This document shows, one piece after another, positions 10,033-19,779 of a DNA stretch of 64,000 nucleotides. The notes beneath the pieces were generated by a model, which was not told the DNA's origin, ran no database searches, and saw only the letters and a program-made list of their open reading frames with translations. This stretch comes from Candidatus Dojkabacteria bacterium (GTDB lineage: Bacteria > Patescibacteriota > Dojkabacteria > B142 > OLB20). How positions within the stretch are numbered: the first letter of the stretch is position 1; each line of letters opens with the position of its first letter. The stretch lies in the NCBI GenBank assembly GCA_030583785.1, contig CP129475.1, positions 479,559-543,558 on the forward strand, read 5' to 3'. The position numbers and the translations under genes are program-made.

Positions 10033-10632
10033 TTATTTCTTGCCAAGCCTGCCTTCAACACCTGTGAGTTTTGCGCTATATGTTGAATAATCCATAACCT
10101 CAATGTTCTCAAACCATAAGGCCATTTCTTCGTCTGCCTCAGCAACTTCACCGGATGCATGAACTAGGTTATAGAATGGGCGTTTGTGGGCATTTGCAAG
10201 TTCTGCGTTATCGATCGAAAAATCTCCTCTTATAGTCCCTGGCAGTGCGTTCGCAGGATTAGTCTCTCCAACAAGTTTTCGACCTATCTTAACTGCTCCA
10301 GGACCTTCCCAGACCATAGCTAAAACGGGGCCAAAAGTTAAATATTCTACATTCCACTGTTTTATCAGCTTCCCAATCTCTATCGGATCTTCTGATCCAA
10401 GCTCCTTGATTGGATCGATTCCTTTTTCTTTATACTCACTGAGTGTCCTTTCCCCTACTTTTCGATACCACTTTTCTGAGTCTGGATAGTGTGACTTGCC
10501 CATGTCTTCTGTTCCTTGAATAAATTCAAGTGCGACAAGCTTCAGACCTATTCGCTCGAACCTCTTAATTATTTCTCCCATAAGCCCCCTGGCAACTCCA
10601 TCGTGTTTAATAATAATTACTGTCTTTTCCAT
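10033..10632 (-). CDS. ndk: Nucleoside diphosphate kinase (long form with internal insertion/C-terminal extension)
   Basis: 'TVIIIKHDGVARGLMGEIIKRFERIGLKLVA' and the catalytic-His region 'NLVHASGEV'. At 199 aa it is longer than the canonical ~140 aa. Confidence 0.85.
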   Translation of the reverse strand: MEKTVIIIKHDGVARGLMGEIIKRFERIGLKLVALEFIQGTEDMGKSHYPDSEKWYRKVGERTLSEYKEKGIDPIKELGSEDPIEIGKLIKQWNVEYLTFGPVLAMVWEGPGAVKIGRKLVGETNPANALPGTIRGDFSIDNAELANAHKRPFYNLVHASGEVAEADEEMALWFENIEVMDYSTYSAKLTGVEGRLGKK

Positions 10633-10651
10633 AATGTCAGTTGATAATAAA

Positions 10652-11275
10652 TTAGGTAAGAGCTTCGTATGAACCGGTGTAATCTAAGCGCTCATAATCG
10701 CTTAGATCTTTGTATTTGTCTCCGAACCAATGCTTGATTTCTCTCTTTGCCTCTTCTGCAGAATCTGAACGATGCACCAAGGTTGAGAATACTATTCTTC
10801 CTGATTTAACCGCAAATTGAGGAGTATCAAATCCGAAGTCACCTCGAATCGATCCCACATCTGCAACTGTTGGATCTGTCCTACCTACAAGTTTCTCGAT
10901 CACCTTTACTGCTTGATTGCCTTCCCAGACAGAAATAACGACTGGGCCACTTACAAGATATCGTACTAACGAATCATAGATTTTGTTTCCAATTTCGAGT
11001 TTATCGACTGTGCCTAGATCAGTGAGTATTTGTTTGGCATCATTGTTGTAATTATTGTAGGTTTTCTCTCCCATCGTGGTAAGCCATTCTGTAGTTCCGG
11101 GATAATTACCTCTGGCTTGTGCTTCTGTCGCCTGAATCATTCTTGCCGCTACAAGTTTGAGACCAATTCTTTCCAGTCGAGAGAATATCTCTCCGACGAG
11201 TCCTCTTTTTACGCCATCTGGTTTTATCATTAAAAAAGTTTTCTCAATATTACTGAACTGTTTCTGCGGCATCAC
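10652..11275 (-). CDS. ndk: Nucleoside diphosphate kinase paralog (second tandem copy)
   Basis: 'TFLMIKPDGVKRGLVGEIFSRLERIGLKLVA' and 'LVHRSDSAEEA'. 207 aa, immediately upstream of the first copy. Confidence 0.85.
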   Translation of the reverse strand: MMPQKQFSNIEKTFLMIKPDGVKRGLVGEIFSRLERIGLKLVAARMIQATEAQARGNYPGTTEWLTTMGEKTYNNYNNDAKQILTDLGTVDKLEIGNKIYDSLVRYLVSGPVVISVWEGNQAVKVIEKLVGRTDPTVADVGSIRGDFGFDTPQFAVKSGRIVFSTLVHRSDSAEEAKREIKHWFGDKYKDLSDYERLDYTGSYEALT

Positions 11276-11282
11276 AAAAAGG

Positions 11283-11906
11283 TTAAGATTTAATATAGGG
11301 ATTAGCTATCGAGATAATACTATCTCTAACTTCTTCTATAGATTTGTCTCCATTTATAACAACCCATTTTCCGAAAATATTGTCGCTGGCCATGTTTTTG
11401 AATGCTTTTCGCAGTAACTCCTGTTTTTTTATACTTCCTTCGTATTTATCAAGTCCTTCTGTATGTCCCTCTTCATTAAGCTTTCGCTGCATAGCAATCT
11501 TAGGATCAACATCAAGAAAAATTACAAGATCTGGAACAGGAATGCTAAGCAACTTTGCATAATCAAGGGCATCTTCTACTTGTAGAGCCTTCTCCAAAAT
11601 ACATTGATAAGCTATATTTGTGGTGAAGTAGCCATCGGCAATGAAATGCTCAGTTTTGCTTTTAACAGTTTTCTTAATCTTCTCCTTCCATAGAAGCTGA
11701 TCTAAAGCAAAGGCACTAAATAGCGTCTTAGAGTCGATACTAATTTCGTCATGAATTGCAGGATGAATAACATGGTGATAAATAACACTATCGTGATCTG
11801 GGAAACCAACCGTATCGATGATTTGATCAGAGGATAACGCTGCAACAAGTTCTTCTCTTTGCCTTCCCTTGCCTGCACCATCGATGCCTTCGATTACGAT
11901 AAACAT
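11283..11906 (-). CDS. tmk: Thymidylate kinase
   Basis: 'MFIVIEGIDGAGKGRQ' P-loop and the overall dTMP-kinase pattern. Confidence 0.85.
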   Translation of the reverse strand: MFIVIEGIDGAGKGRQREELVAALSSDQIIDTVGFPDHDSVIYHHVIHPAIHDEISIDSKTLFSAFALDQLLWKEKIKKTVKSKTEHFIADGYFTTNIAYQCILEKALQVEDALDYAKLLSIPVPDLVIFLDVDPKIAMQRKLNEEGHTEGLDKYEGSIKKQELLRKAFKNMASDNIFGKWVVINGDKSIEEVRDSIISIANPYIKS

Positions 11907-11954
11907 ATTGGATTATGAATGATTTAGGCTATTTTAGCAGATAGGAATTCAAGT

Positions 11955-12770
11955 TCAATGCTTAAACCAGTATTTTTTCCCATCAGAATAAATATGAACG
12001 GTGTTATTCTGATCAGTTCTATAAACATCTATGCCTGAGTCTTGCAATCGTTGAAGCACTTCTGGATGCGGATGATTAAATTTATTATTCTTACCTGCGG
12101 ATATTATTGCAACCTCAGGATTAGTTGACTCGAGGAGCTTATTTGAAGTACTTGTTTTACTACCATGATGAGCAATTTTCAGCACATCAATGTCAGATAC
12201 CAGTATTTCTGCTTCTATTTTCTCTTCAATATCTCCAGTAAAAAGCATATCGAAATCGTTATAGCGCAATTGAAAAACCAACGAATTATCGTTTGCTGAC
12301 AATGTGCTTCTATCTAAGCTTTTATCAGGCCAGAGAAAATCAAGAACCGTACAGCATCCAAGAACAATTGATTCTCCTGCAAATTTAGTTGTTGATTTTA
12401 CATTTGACATGAGCTTTTCAAGAAAAGCGTAAGCTTGAGAAGAAGATTTGTGATCAGAGATTATTAAATTCTTAATCTTGTATCGAGCTAAAACTTCAAC
12501 AGCTCCGCCAAGATGATCAAGGTCTGGATGAGTTATTACTAGATAATCTATCTCTCTTATCCAAACCGGAAGGATTTGTCCAAGCCTGGATAATACTGAT
12601 GCGTCGGGACCTCCATCAACAAGAAGATATTTTCCGTCTGCAGACCTGATAAGTATCGAATCTCCTTGTCCAACTTCTAGAACACTAATTTGTAGGATAT
12701 TTTGCTGTTCGTACTTTAGATAAGGAAAGTTAGTGATTACTAATAACAGAACCATTAGGAGTTTTATCAT
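11955..12770 (-). CDS. comEC: ComEC/Rec2 C-terminal metallo-beta-lactamase domain (separate ORF)
   Basis: 'LVITHPDLDHLGG' MBL motif, preceded by one TM helix. Overlaps the upstream ComEC membrane ORF by 41 nt in a different frame. Confidence 0.8.
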   Translation of the reverse strand: MIKLLMVLLLVITNFPYLKYEQQNILQISVLEVGQGDSILIRSADGKYLLVDGGPDASVLSRLGQILPVWIREIDYLVITHPDLDHLGGAVEVLARYKIKNLIISDHKSSSQAYAFLEKLMSNVKSTTKFAGESIVLGCCTVLDFLWPDKSLDRSTLSANDNSLVFQLRYNDFDMLFTGDIEEKIEAEILVSDIDVLKIAHHGSKTSTSNKLLESTNPEVAIISAGKNNKFNHPHPEVLQRLQDSGIDVYRTDQNNTVHIYSDGKKYWFKH

Positions 12771-14289
12771 CGGAAAATTTGTGAAATAAATAAAGAATTA
12801 CCAAAAACAAGATAAACATCATAGATAAAGTGTCCCTGTTGTCGTTTATTGTAATAACTCCATTCTCAATTGCAGAAAGAGCTTTGACAACTTGTACAAA
12901 ATATTCCAACACGCTCCATAAGGGGATGTAAATTAATACTACAAATGTTGGTAGAACGAAACTAACTGCTATTGCTGCAATTCCTAACAACATAATTATG
13001 GGGATACACCAAGCGATTAATACATTTGCAATCGGACTAAGAAGCGGTATTGAGCCGAATGAATTAAACGATATTGGAAGAGTTGCGAGCGTTGCCGCAA
13101 CAGTTACAGCAAATTCTGACCTTATATTCTCTCCAAGTAATTTAGGAAGGAAGCGTTTTACAACAGGTTCAAGCAAGATGAGACCAAGCGTTGCCGCAAA
13201 GGACAGTTGGAGGCTTAAAGAATAAAGCATTAAGGGATTAATTATTAGCATTGTTATCATTGCTAAAGAAAGCGATGCACTAACCGCCCCTCTTCTGCCG
13301 GATAGTTTTCCAAGTAACATTGCATAACCCATGATAGTTGCTCGAAGTGCAGGAAGATTGTCTACACCAACTAATACTAAAAATGTGCTTACCAGAATGA
13401 TTGATGCATATAATAAATGCTTTCTATTAAACACACCAGCTAAAGCACAGACAGATGTTATTAACATTGTGACATTAAATCCGGATACAGCAATAACATG
13501 AGTTGTTCCAGTTCTTGAGAGGTCGTTTCCGAAACCAAGCATGAATTCTTCTCTTGTACCAATCAGCATACCTATGGCGAGTGCGGCATGAGGTTCGGGT
13601 AAATTCGTTTGCATCTGATTTCTAATGTAGTTTCGGAGATCGCGAATCATAACTCGAATATCTGCAGATTCTTGAGGAAAAAGTTTATAATCATGAACAT
13701 CTGCCAAGGCGAAAACACCCTTGGTCTTAAGGAATAATGGATAGTCAAACTCTTCAAGCTTTTCGGGAGTTTCTAATAACGACCTAAACTCTATTTCTTG
13801 ATATTGATCAATCTCTGAATATCGACTAAGTCGAATCTGAACTAATCCTCCATTAATGCTAGTTTCTGCTTCATTTAAAGTTTTTACCGAGGTTGGACTT
13901 ATTAGGGCATACTTAAACCTGCCCTGCTGATAAGGGATTGAGGACACGAAGCCTCTGACAGTCACCTCATTTTCTAAATAATTTGCTATATGCCCTTCTC
14001 GGGAATGAATCTGGATAGATTCAGTCAAAGAAATTGAAGTAAGGAAACACAGAAATATAAATATAAAAGAGAATCGAAAATTATTGAATACAAACATACC
14101 CATTGAAACCATTGTTATTGCATTAGCCCAATAAACTAAACCCGAAACATGGAGATATATAGTTACAACAATTAAAAGATAGCTGATCGGAAGCGGATAC
14201 GCTTTTAAATAGCCTCCTAATATAGACAAGCTATAAACTGATTTGGGATTTGAGTTTCTCGAAAGTTGCATTGCCAATACCTGATACAT
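12730..14289 (-). CDS. comEC: ComEC/Rec2 N-terminal polytopic membrane (competence channel) part
   Basis: Many TM helices and a periplasmic OB-like region ('GQGDS...' is in the next ORF). Typical ComEC DUF4131 + competence-domain layout, located directly downstream of comEA. Confidence 0.78.
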   Translation of the reverse strand: MYQVLAMQLSRNSNPKSVYSLSILGGYLKAYPLPISYLLIVVTIYLHVSGLVYWANAITMVSMGMFVFNNFRFSFIFIFLCFLTSISLTESIQIHSREGHIANYLENEVTVRGFVSSIPYQQGRFKYALISPTSVKTLNEAETSINGGLVQIRLSRYSEIDQYQEIEFRSLLETPEKLEEFDYPLFLKTKGVFALADVHDYKLFPQESADIRVMIRDLRNYIRNQMQTNLPEPHAALAIGMLIGTREEFMLGFGNDLSRTGTTHVIAVSGFNVTMLITSVCALAGVFNRKHLLYASIILVSTFLVLVGVDNLPALRATIMGYAMLLGKLSGRRGAVSASLSLAMITMLIINPLMLYSLSLQLSFAATLGLILLEPVVKRFLPKLLGENIRSEFAVTVAATLATLPISFNSFGSIPLLSPIANVLIAWCIPIIMLLGIAAIAVSFVLPTFVVLIYIPLWSVLEYFVQVVKALSAIENGVITINDNRDTLSMMFILFLVILYLFHKFSDDKTPNGSVISNH

Positions 14290-14827
14290 TTAACAAGTCT
14301 TCAAGAGTTTTGTATGGTCTGGAATCGATTATTTTTTGAGCTGTGGAAGGCCCTACCCCGCTTAATGTTTGCAATTCTTGCATTGACGCTGTATTAATCG
14401 AAACAGCAGTAGCGGAAGTTGTGCTATTGGTTGAGCTGGTTTGAGTTTTTGCAGGAACGAATAATTTATAACCAGGTTCAGAAACTGCTGAGAGTTTTAC
14501 ATCTTTGTGAACAAACTTCATATCTGCTTCTGGATGAAGCCCTCCTGCTAATTGGATAAGCTCAATAACTAAGAGGTCTTTAGATAGTTCGTATACACCA
14601 GGATTATTAACATAACCTGTTATTTCGACAAAATAGGAGCTATTGATAACATTATCGCTAACGGCTTCTTCTGCAATCTGCTGCTGTTCGATAGCAACAG
14701 AACCCTGAAAATCTGAATTTTGATGGATTACAAAGACAGCAATAACTACTATAACTGACAATATTGCTATCTGACTTTTGTATTTGTTGGCGAAGATTTT
14801 TATCTGTTCAAGTATTTCCATAGGCAA
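14231..14827 (-). CDS. comEA: Competence protein ComEA (SLBB + helix-hairpin-helix DNA-binding)
   Basis: C-terminal tandem HhH ('LQTLSGVGPSTAQKIIDSRPYKTLEDLLNVSGIGNATFEKLK') and an N-terminal TM helix. Confidence 0.8.
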   Translation of the reverse strand: MPMEILEQIKIFANKYKSQIAILSVIVVIAVFVIHQNSDFQGSVAIEQQQIAEEAVSDNVINSSYFVEITGYVNNPGVYELSKDLLVIELIQLAGGLHPEADMKFVHKDVKLSAVSEPGYKLFVPAKTQTSSTNSTTSATAVSINTASMQELQTLSGVGPSTAQKIIDSRPYKTLEDLLNVSGIGNATFEKLKSQISL

Positions 14828-14855
14828 ATACTAAAACAGATTTATGAATTGATTA

Positions 14856-15635
14856 TTAACGATCTCGTATTTCTAACTCAATCTCATTAATTACTATTGT
14901 CTGGACTGGTCTTGAGAAAGTACTTAGTGGATTGTCAATTTCAATTTTTGACATATCGTTGATTAAGGATGAGTTCTGCACAACTTCGCCAAATACTGTA
15001 TGACGGCCTTCAAGATATGCAACTCTTGGATCTGTCGACTCACCAAGCACAATAAAAAATTGACTGCCGATCTTGTTCGGTCCAGCAGCCGCCATTGCTA
15101 CACGATACTTGGCTATTCTCTTAGAAACTAACCCCTCGGTACTTGAATACCCTTCTACAGTAAGCTCTTGCCTTAGATCGCTCGCATAATTAAGACTATC
15201 CCAGTTTATTTCATGGTTGATCGTATAACCAGGACCTCCGAACTGATCGTCTTCGTTATTATTATTCAGCGTATTAGGGCTTCCTCCTTGGATAAGCACA
15301 TTCGGGATGAGTCGATGAAAGGTAAGTCCATTATAGAAATCATTTGATGTCAGATAGAGGAAATTTTTGACAGTGTTTGGAGCAGAATCTTCGAATAGGT
15401 CGATTGTAAAATCGCCTAAGTTCGTTTTAATAATTACTCGATAATCTTTTGTCGGATCAAGGTCTGAGTTGACAATAAGTTCAGTAGGAGTTGGGGTTAC
15501 AATCGCTTGTCTACCAAATCCGAAATCACTTAAGTTAACCGCTGTAAAATAGTTACTCATGATATAAAACAGCACAAACATCAACACTATTGTGCCAAGA
15601 ATGCTCAACCAGAAGGCTCGATTATCTTTAAACAT
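14856..15635 (-). CDS. Cyclophilin-type peptidyl-prolyl cis-trans isomerase, membrane anchored
   Basis: 'FHRLIPNVLIQGG' and 'HTVFGEVV' cyclophilin motifs. N-terminal TM helix. Confidence 0.8.
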   Translation of the reverse strand: MFKDNRAFWLSILGTIVLMFVLFYIMSNYFTAVNLSDFGFGRQAIVTPTPTELIVNSDLDPTKDYRVIIKTNLGDFTIDLFEDSAPNTVKNFLYLTSNDFYNGLTFHRLIPNVLIQGGSPNTLNNNNEDDQFGGPGYTINHEINWDSLNYASDLRQELTVEGYSSTEGLVSKRIAKYRVAMAAAGPNKIGSQFFIVLGESTDPRVAYLEGRHTVFGEVVQNSSLINDMSKIEIDNPLSTFSRPVQTIVINEIELEIRDR

Positions 15636-15647
15636 ATAAAATATTTT

Positions 15648-18059
15648 CTAAGTAACAATATTCAAAATTTTATCTTGGACATAAATAACTTTTCTAATAG
15701 GTTTTTCGGCTATATGTTTCTGAATTGATTTAAGTGCGAGAGCCTTTGCCTCGACATCCGCTTGACCAGTTCCAGAACTTAAATTAAGTGTGTCTCTAAG
15801 TTTACCATTGACCTGAATGGCAATTGTAACTTCTTCTTCGAATAATAATTTTGAATCAAAACTTGGCCATCTCTGAAGATGGATCGATCCATTTGAATCG
15901 ATATTGCTCCAGATTTCTTCGGTTAAAAATGGCGCATATGGAGCCAGCAACAGTAGGTAAGCCTTCCAATCCTCAAGAGAAACAGACTCTTTATTGTCTT
16001 CGAATATGTTTAGCTGCTTCATGAAGTCTGCGATGGCAACATTAAATCTCATTTCTTCGGTAGACTTAGTGATTCTGGAAATTAGTTTATGCATATTGTT
16101 GCTAAGTCCTTTATCCGAGAATTTAACTTTTGAGAAATCGTTAACTCTTTGCAAGAACCTTCTAACACCCTGAACCGCATTGTCATTCCAGGACTTATCT
16201 TGCTCTAGTGGTCCCATAAACATTTCGTACATTCGAGTCGTATCTGCGCCATATTTTTCAATAACATCAAGAGGATTGATTACATTACCCCAGCGTTTGC
16301 TCATCTTTCTGCCGTCTTCTCCATGGATTAAACCCTGATGACGGTGGAAAATGAAAGGTTCGTCAAACTTAATATATCCGGCATCAAATAGTACCTTAGT
16401 AAAGAACCTTGAATACAACAAATGCCCATTTACATGTTCTGGGCCTCCGATATAGAAGTCTACCGGCATCCAGGTATTTAGCGCTTCTTTAGAAGCAAAT
16501 TCGTTTTCGTTGTGAGGATCGATGTACCTAAGGTAGTACCAACTCGAACACATGAATGTATCAAGGGTATCGACTTCCCTTTTCCAACCTTTTCCGTATT
16601 TCCTTTCAACGCCTTTCTGGAATTCCGCAGAATATGTCAGAGGTGACTGTCCTGTTGGCACGAATTCAACATCGTCTGGTAATAATACAGGTAGATCTTC
16701 AAGCTTTAATGGGTGAATTTCACCTTGCGGATCATAAACAACTGGAATTGGAGCGCCCCAGAATCTTTGTCTTGATACAGACCAATCTCGCAATTTATAT
16801 GCAGTTTTTGCATAACCAGTACCAGACTTTGTAAGCTTTTCAAGGATTGCAGGCCTTGCTTCAGCAAAACTAAGCCCATCAAATTCGTCTGAATTTGCAA
16901 TGCTATATTTTTCGAGATTCGATTTTATCTCTTGTGAATAGCTAACATACTCTTGTTCCTTTGTCAGATACTTAATTTCAAGATCATGCTTGTTCGCAAA
17001 TTCGTAATCTCGATCATCATGCCCTGGGACAGCCATAATCGCTCCCGATCCGTACTCAACCAGCACATAATCTGCAACAAATACAGGAATCTTTGATCCA
17101 TTGATTGGATTAATGGCATTAATTCCTTCAAGTTTTAATCCTGACTTATCTTTATTCTGCTGTCTTTCGAGTTCTGTTTTATTGCGTGCTTTCTTTATGA
17201 AAGATTCGACATCCTTACTATTTTCTAATTGCTTCAGAACCTGATCTATGAGCTTATGTTCCGGTGCAATCGCCATAAATGTTACTCCATAGATTGTGTC
17301 GTGAGCTGTAGTGAAAACTTCGAGTTCTTTAATCTCTCCAAGATTACCCTCCAAAGGGAATTTAACCACTGCCCCTTCTGATTTCCCAATCCAATCTCTT
17401 TGTCTTTTTATTGTTTCTTCTGGCCAATCTACCTTATCTAAATCTGTGTGCAACCTTTCGGCATAGTCGGTGATCTTCAGATACCACTGTTCCATCTCTC
17501 TAAGTTCTACTTCAGAACCACATCTTTCGCATAATCCATCTTCTACCTGTTCATTGGCAAGAACCGTTTTATCTTGATCACACCAATTAACAATTTGCTT
17601 CTTTCTGTATGCCAACCCTCTTTCTAGCATCAATAAAAAGAACCACTGCGTGAACTTATAATAGTCTGGATTATGGCTTCCAACTTCTCTATCCCAATCT
17701 AAACTTAGTCCGAGTGATTTAATTTGTTCACGAAAATTATTGATTGCCTGATCGGTGCTTTGGCGTGGGTGAATATTGGTTTTAATTGCATAATTTTCTG
17801 CCGGCAAACCAAACGAGTCCCAGCCAATAACCTGAAGCACATCGAATCCTGACATTCTTTTGTATCGTGCGAATATATCGCAAGCTGTATAACCTTCTGC
17901 ATGACCGACATGCAACCCTGACCCAGAAGGGTATGGTAATTGTGGAAGAATATAGTATTTCTTGCTGGGATCAGGTTTCTCTTTTGCCTTATAGATCTTG
18001 CTTTCCTCCCAGTCATTTCGCCACTTTTTCTCGATCTTTTTATGATCAAATTTTTGCAT
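15648..18059 (-). CDS. leuS: Leucyl-tRNA synthetase
   Basis: Class I 'HVGHAEGY' (HIGH) motif and a 'KMSKRWGN' (KMSKS) motif. 803-aa LeuS-type architecture. Confidence 0.95.
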   Translation of the reverse strand: MQKFDHKKIEKKWRNDWEESKIYKAKEKPDPSKKYYILPQLPYPSGSGLHVGHAEGYTACDIFARYKRMSGFDVLQVIGWDSFGLPAENYAIKTNIHPRQSTDQAINNFREQIKSLGLSLDWDREVGSHNPDYYKFTQWFFLLMLERGLAYRKKQIVNWCDQDKTVLANEQVEDGLCERCGSEVELREMEQWYLKITDYAERLHTDLDKVDWPEETIKRQRDWIGKSEGAVVKFPLEGNLGEIKELEVFTTAHDTIYGVTFMAIAPEHKLIDQVLKQLENSKDVESFIKKARNKTELERQQNKDKSGLKLEGINAINPINGSKIPVFVADYVLVEYGSGAIMAVPGHDDRDYEFANKHDLEIKYLTKEQEYVSYSQEIKSNLEKYSIANSDEFDGLSFAEARPAILEKLTKSGTGYAKTAYKLRDWSVSRQRFWGAPIPVVYDPQGEIHPLKLEDLPVLLPDDVEFVPTGQSPLTYSAEFQKGVERKYGKGWKREVDTLDTFMCSSWYYLRYIDPHNENEFASKEALNTWMPVDFYIGGPEHVNGHLLYSRFFTKVLFDAGYIKFDEPFIFHRHQGLIHGEDGRKMSKRWGNVINPLDVIEKYGADTTRMYEMFMGPLEQDKSWNDNAVQGVRRFLQRVNDFSKVKFSDKGLSNNMHKLISRITKSTEEMRFNVAIADFMKQLNIFEDNKESVSLEDWKAYLLLLAPYAPFLTEEIWSNIDSNGSIHLQRWPSFDSKLLFEEEVTIAIQVNGKLRDTLNLSSGTGQADVEAKALALKSIQKHIAEKPIRKVIYVQDKILNIVT

Positions 18060-18333
18060 ATTAAAGTTACTTGAAAACTACTCACAATTATACTTGATTT
18101 GTTATGCAATTACAGTTTCACAGAGAAAATAATTGTCGACACGAAAAGAATAAATATCCTTCTCAATGATCGTAATATCTTATAGTATTTCAGTACCGAA
18201 CATCTAACGAACCTATATTTACAATAGAGTTTGCTTATTTAGCTCCTGAGCTCTTTTTTCTACTATTCTTGAGTAATCAGTCATTATTATTGCTAAACTG
18301 TATTAAAGAGTGTTTTAGAACGATTTTTTAGAA

Positions 18334-18912
18334 ATGCCAACGAAAAGTAAAGCGACAGAATCGATTACTAGACAGAAGTCTCTCACCAAGAGATATCTAG
18401 ATAAACGCAGAATCGGAACTGCAATAGAAACCAAAGAACCTATTCTTGTTGAAACCGAAAGAGAAGAAATCAGCTATAGCATTCCTGAAGAAATAGAATC
18501 TATCACCGAAGATACTTACGAGATAAATGGCAAGGATCGAAACCTTGAAAGCACAGTAGTTACCGAACCTAAGACTCCCCTATCTCAATTTAGGATTATA
18601 ACGATGGTAATCAGTTTTCATGTAGCGTTATTCATATTAATTCTGGGCGCCCAAAGAATGCAGCTAATGGGAGATTTATCGGCACAAACCCTTTCTAATA
18701 GTAATAACTTTTATTTCGAACCCGATAGCACCTTAGCCAATCTATCTCGAATTTATAATCTGCCTAAAGAAGAACCAAGAATTTCTATTCCGGAATCACC
18801 TATAAACGAGATAACTCCAGAACATGGGGACTATCTGATCGAATTTACACATAGCGGAATAATTCTCTTATATCGATCTTCAAAAGATCAGCTAATTGAG
18901 ATCGAGAACTAG
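18334..18912 (+). CDS. Hypothetical protein with one central TM helix
   Basis: ORF only. No recognisable motif. Confidence 0.35.
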   Translation: MPTKSKATESITRQKSLTKRYLDKRRIGTAIETKEPILVETEREEISYSIPEEIESITEDTYEINGKDRNLESTVVTEPKTPLSQFRIITMVISFHVALFILILGAQRMQLMGDLSAQTLSNSNNFYFEPDSTLANLSRIYNLPKEEPRISIPESPINEITPEHGDYLIEFTHSGIILLYRSSKDQLIEIEN

Positions 18913-18920
18913 AAGAAATA

Positions 18921-18993
18921 TGGAGTTGGGGGGAATCGAACCCCCGACCTTCGCAATGCGAATGCGATGTTCTACCAGTTGAACTACAACCCC
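18921..18993 (-). tRNA. tRNA-Ala (anticodon CGC)
   Basis: The reverse complement folds as a cloverleaf with a G3:U70 pair (Ala identity) and anticodon loop TTCGCAT. No encoded CCA. Confidence 0.8.
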
Positions 18994-19237
18994 TTTGCTT
19001 TAATAGCTAGATTATACAATTTTTACTAGGGAATAATTAAGCTCGCCCATCCTGAATGGTCACGCCAAAACACTATTTATGTGCATAACCTACACAGGAA
19101 ACAATTGCATATTGAGTATATTTACTGAACAAGACGACTAAACAACTTGTTATACATAGACAAATTTATTTGTACATTTTAAAGATAGGTTATATAGACA
19201 AATTGCTCATACGAGTTACACAAGATATCATAGAGAA

Positions 19238-19621
19238 TCAATAAACAATCCCTCTTTCTGACTCTGCTTTTCTGACCTCTTCTTCAGTGTACCCAAAATA
19301 GTGTGCAATTTCGTGCCATATAACATTGGCTACAAGTTGCCTGAGATGTTCTTCATCTCTAGCATAGTTGACTAATGGTTGTCGAAATAGGGTGATTTTA
19401 TCTGGAAGCACCATAGAATAAGAGCTTGTTCTTTTTGGTAATGGAACTCCTTCGTATAAGCCAAATAACTGCCACTTATGCTTTAGACGCATCTTATTGA
19501 ATTGATGAGCTGTGGGAAAATCTTCAATTACTAAACTGACATTTTCTAGTTGCTCTCGAAAGTCTGCAGGGATTCTGGTAATTCCTTCTTGAACATATTG
19601 TTCAAATTGATCTAGTTGCAT
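19238..19621 (-). CDS. Small zinc metallopeptidase-like protein (HExxH)
   Basis: 'WHEIAHYFG' HExxH motif in a ~127-aa protein. Resembles minimal metalloprotease-like proteins. Confidence 0.55.
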   Translation of the reverse strand: MQLDQFEQYVQEGITRIPADFREQLENVSLVIEDFPTAHQFNKMRLKHKWQLFGLYEGVPLPKRTSSYSMVLPDKITLFRQPLVNYARDEEHLRQLVANVIWHEIAHYFGYTEEEVRKAESERGIVY

Positions 19622-19636
19622 ATTTTTTTGAGGAAA

Positions 19637-19713
19637 TGGTGGACCTGACGAGATTCGAACTCGTGACCTCTGCTATGCCATAGCAGCGCTCTACCAACTA
19701 AGCTACAGGCCCA
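19637..19713 (-). tRNA. tRNA-Ala (anticodon GGC)
   Basis: The reverse complement folds as a cloverleaf with G3:U70, anticodon loop ATGGCAT and encoded CCA. Confidence 0.8.
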
Positions 19714-19779
19714 ATTATCTCGGTAATTTTACAATAAATTACTTAAATTAGACAACGAAACAGACCACTTTATTTATGA

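Noticed and set aside
9966-10160. 64-aa ORF overlapping tRNA-Arg and the start of ndk
   Set aside because: Antisense or overlapping with two well-supported features. Spurious.
16556-16900. Antisense/overlapping small ORFs inside leuS (16556-16834 +, 16706-16900 -), and similar short ORFs inside rho, radA, clpC, rpsA, polA, ftsH and the giant 1264-aa gene
   Set aside because: All are short, lie within or opposite long ORFs with clear homology-type motifs, and have no features of their own.
18060-18333. T-box riboswitch leader upstream of leuS
   Set aside because: The divergent intergenic region does not contain the conserved T-box sequence (AATTAGGGTGGNACCGCG) in the leuS orientation.
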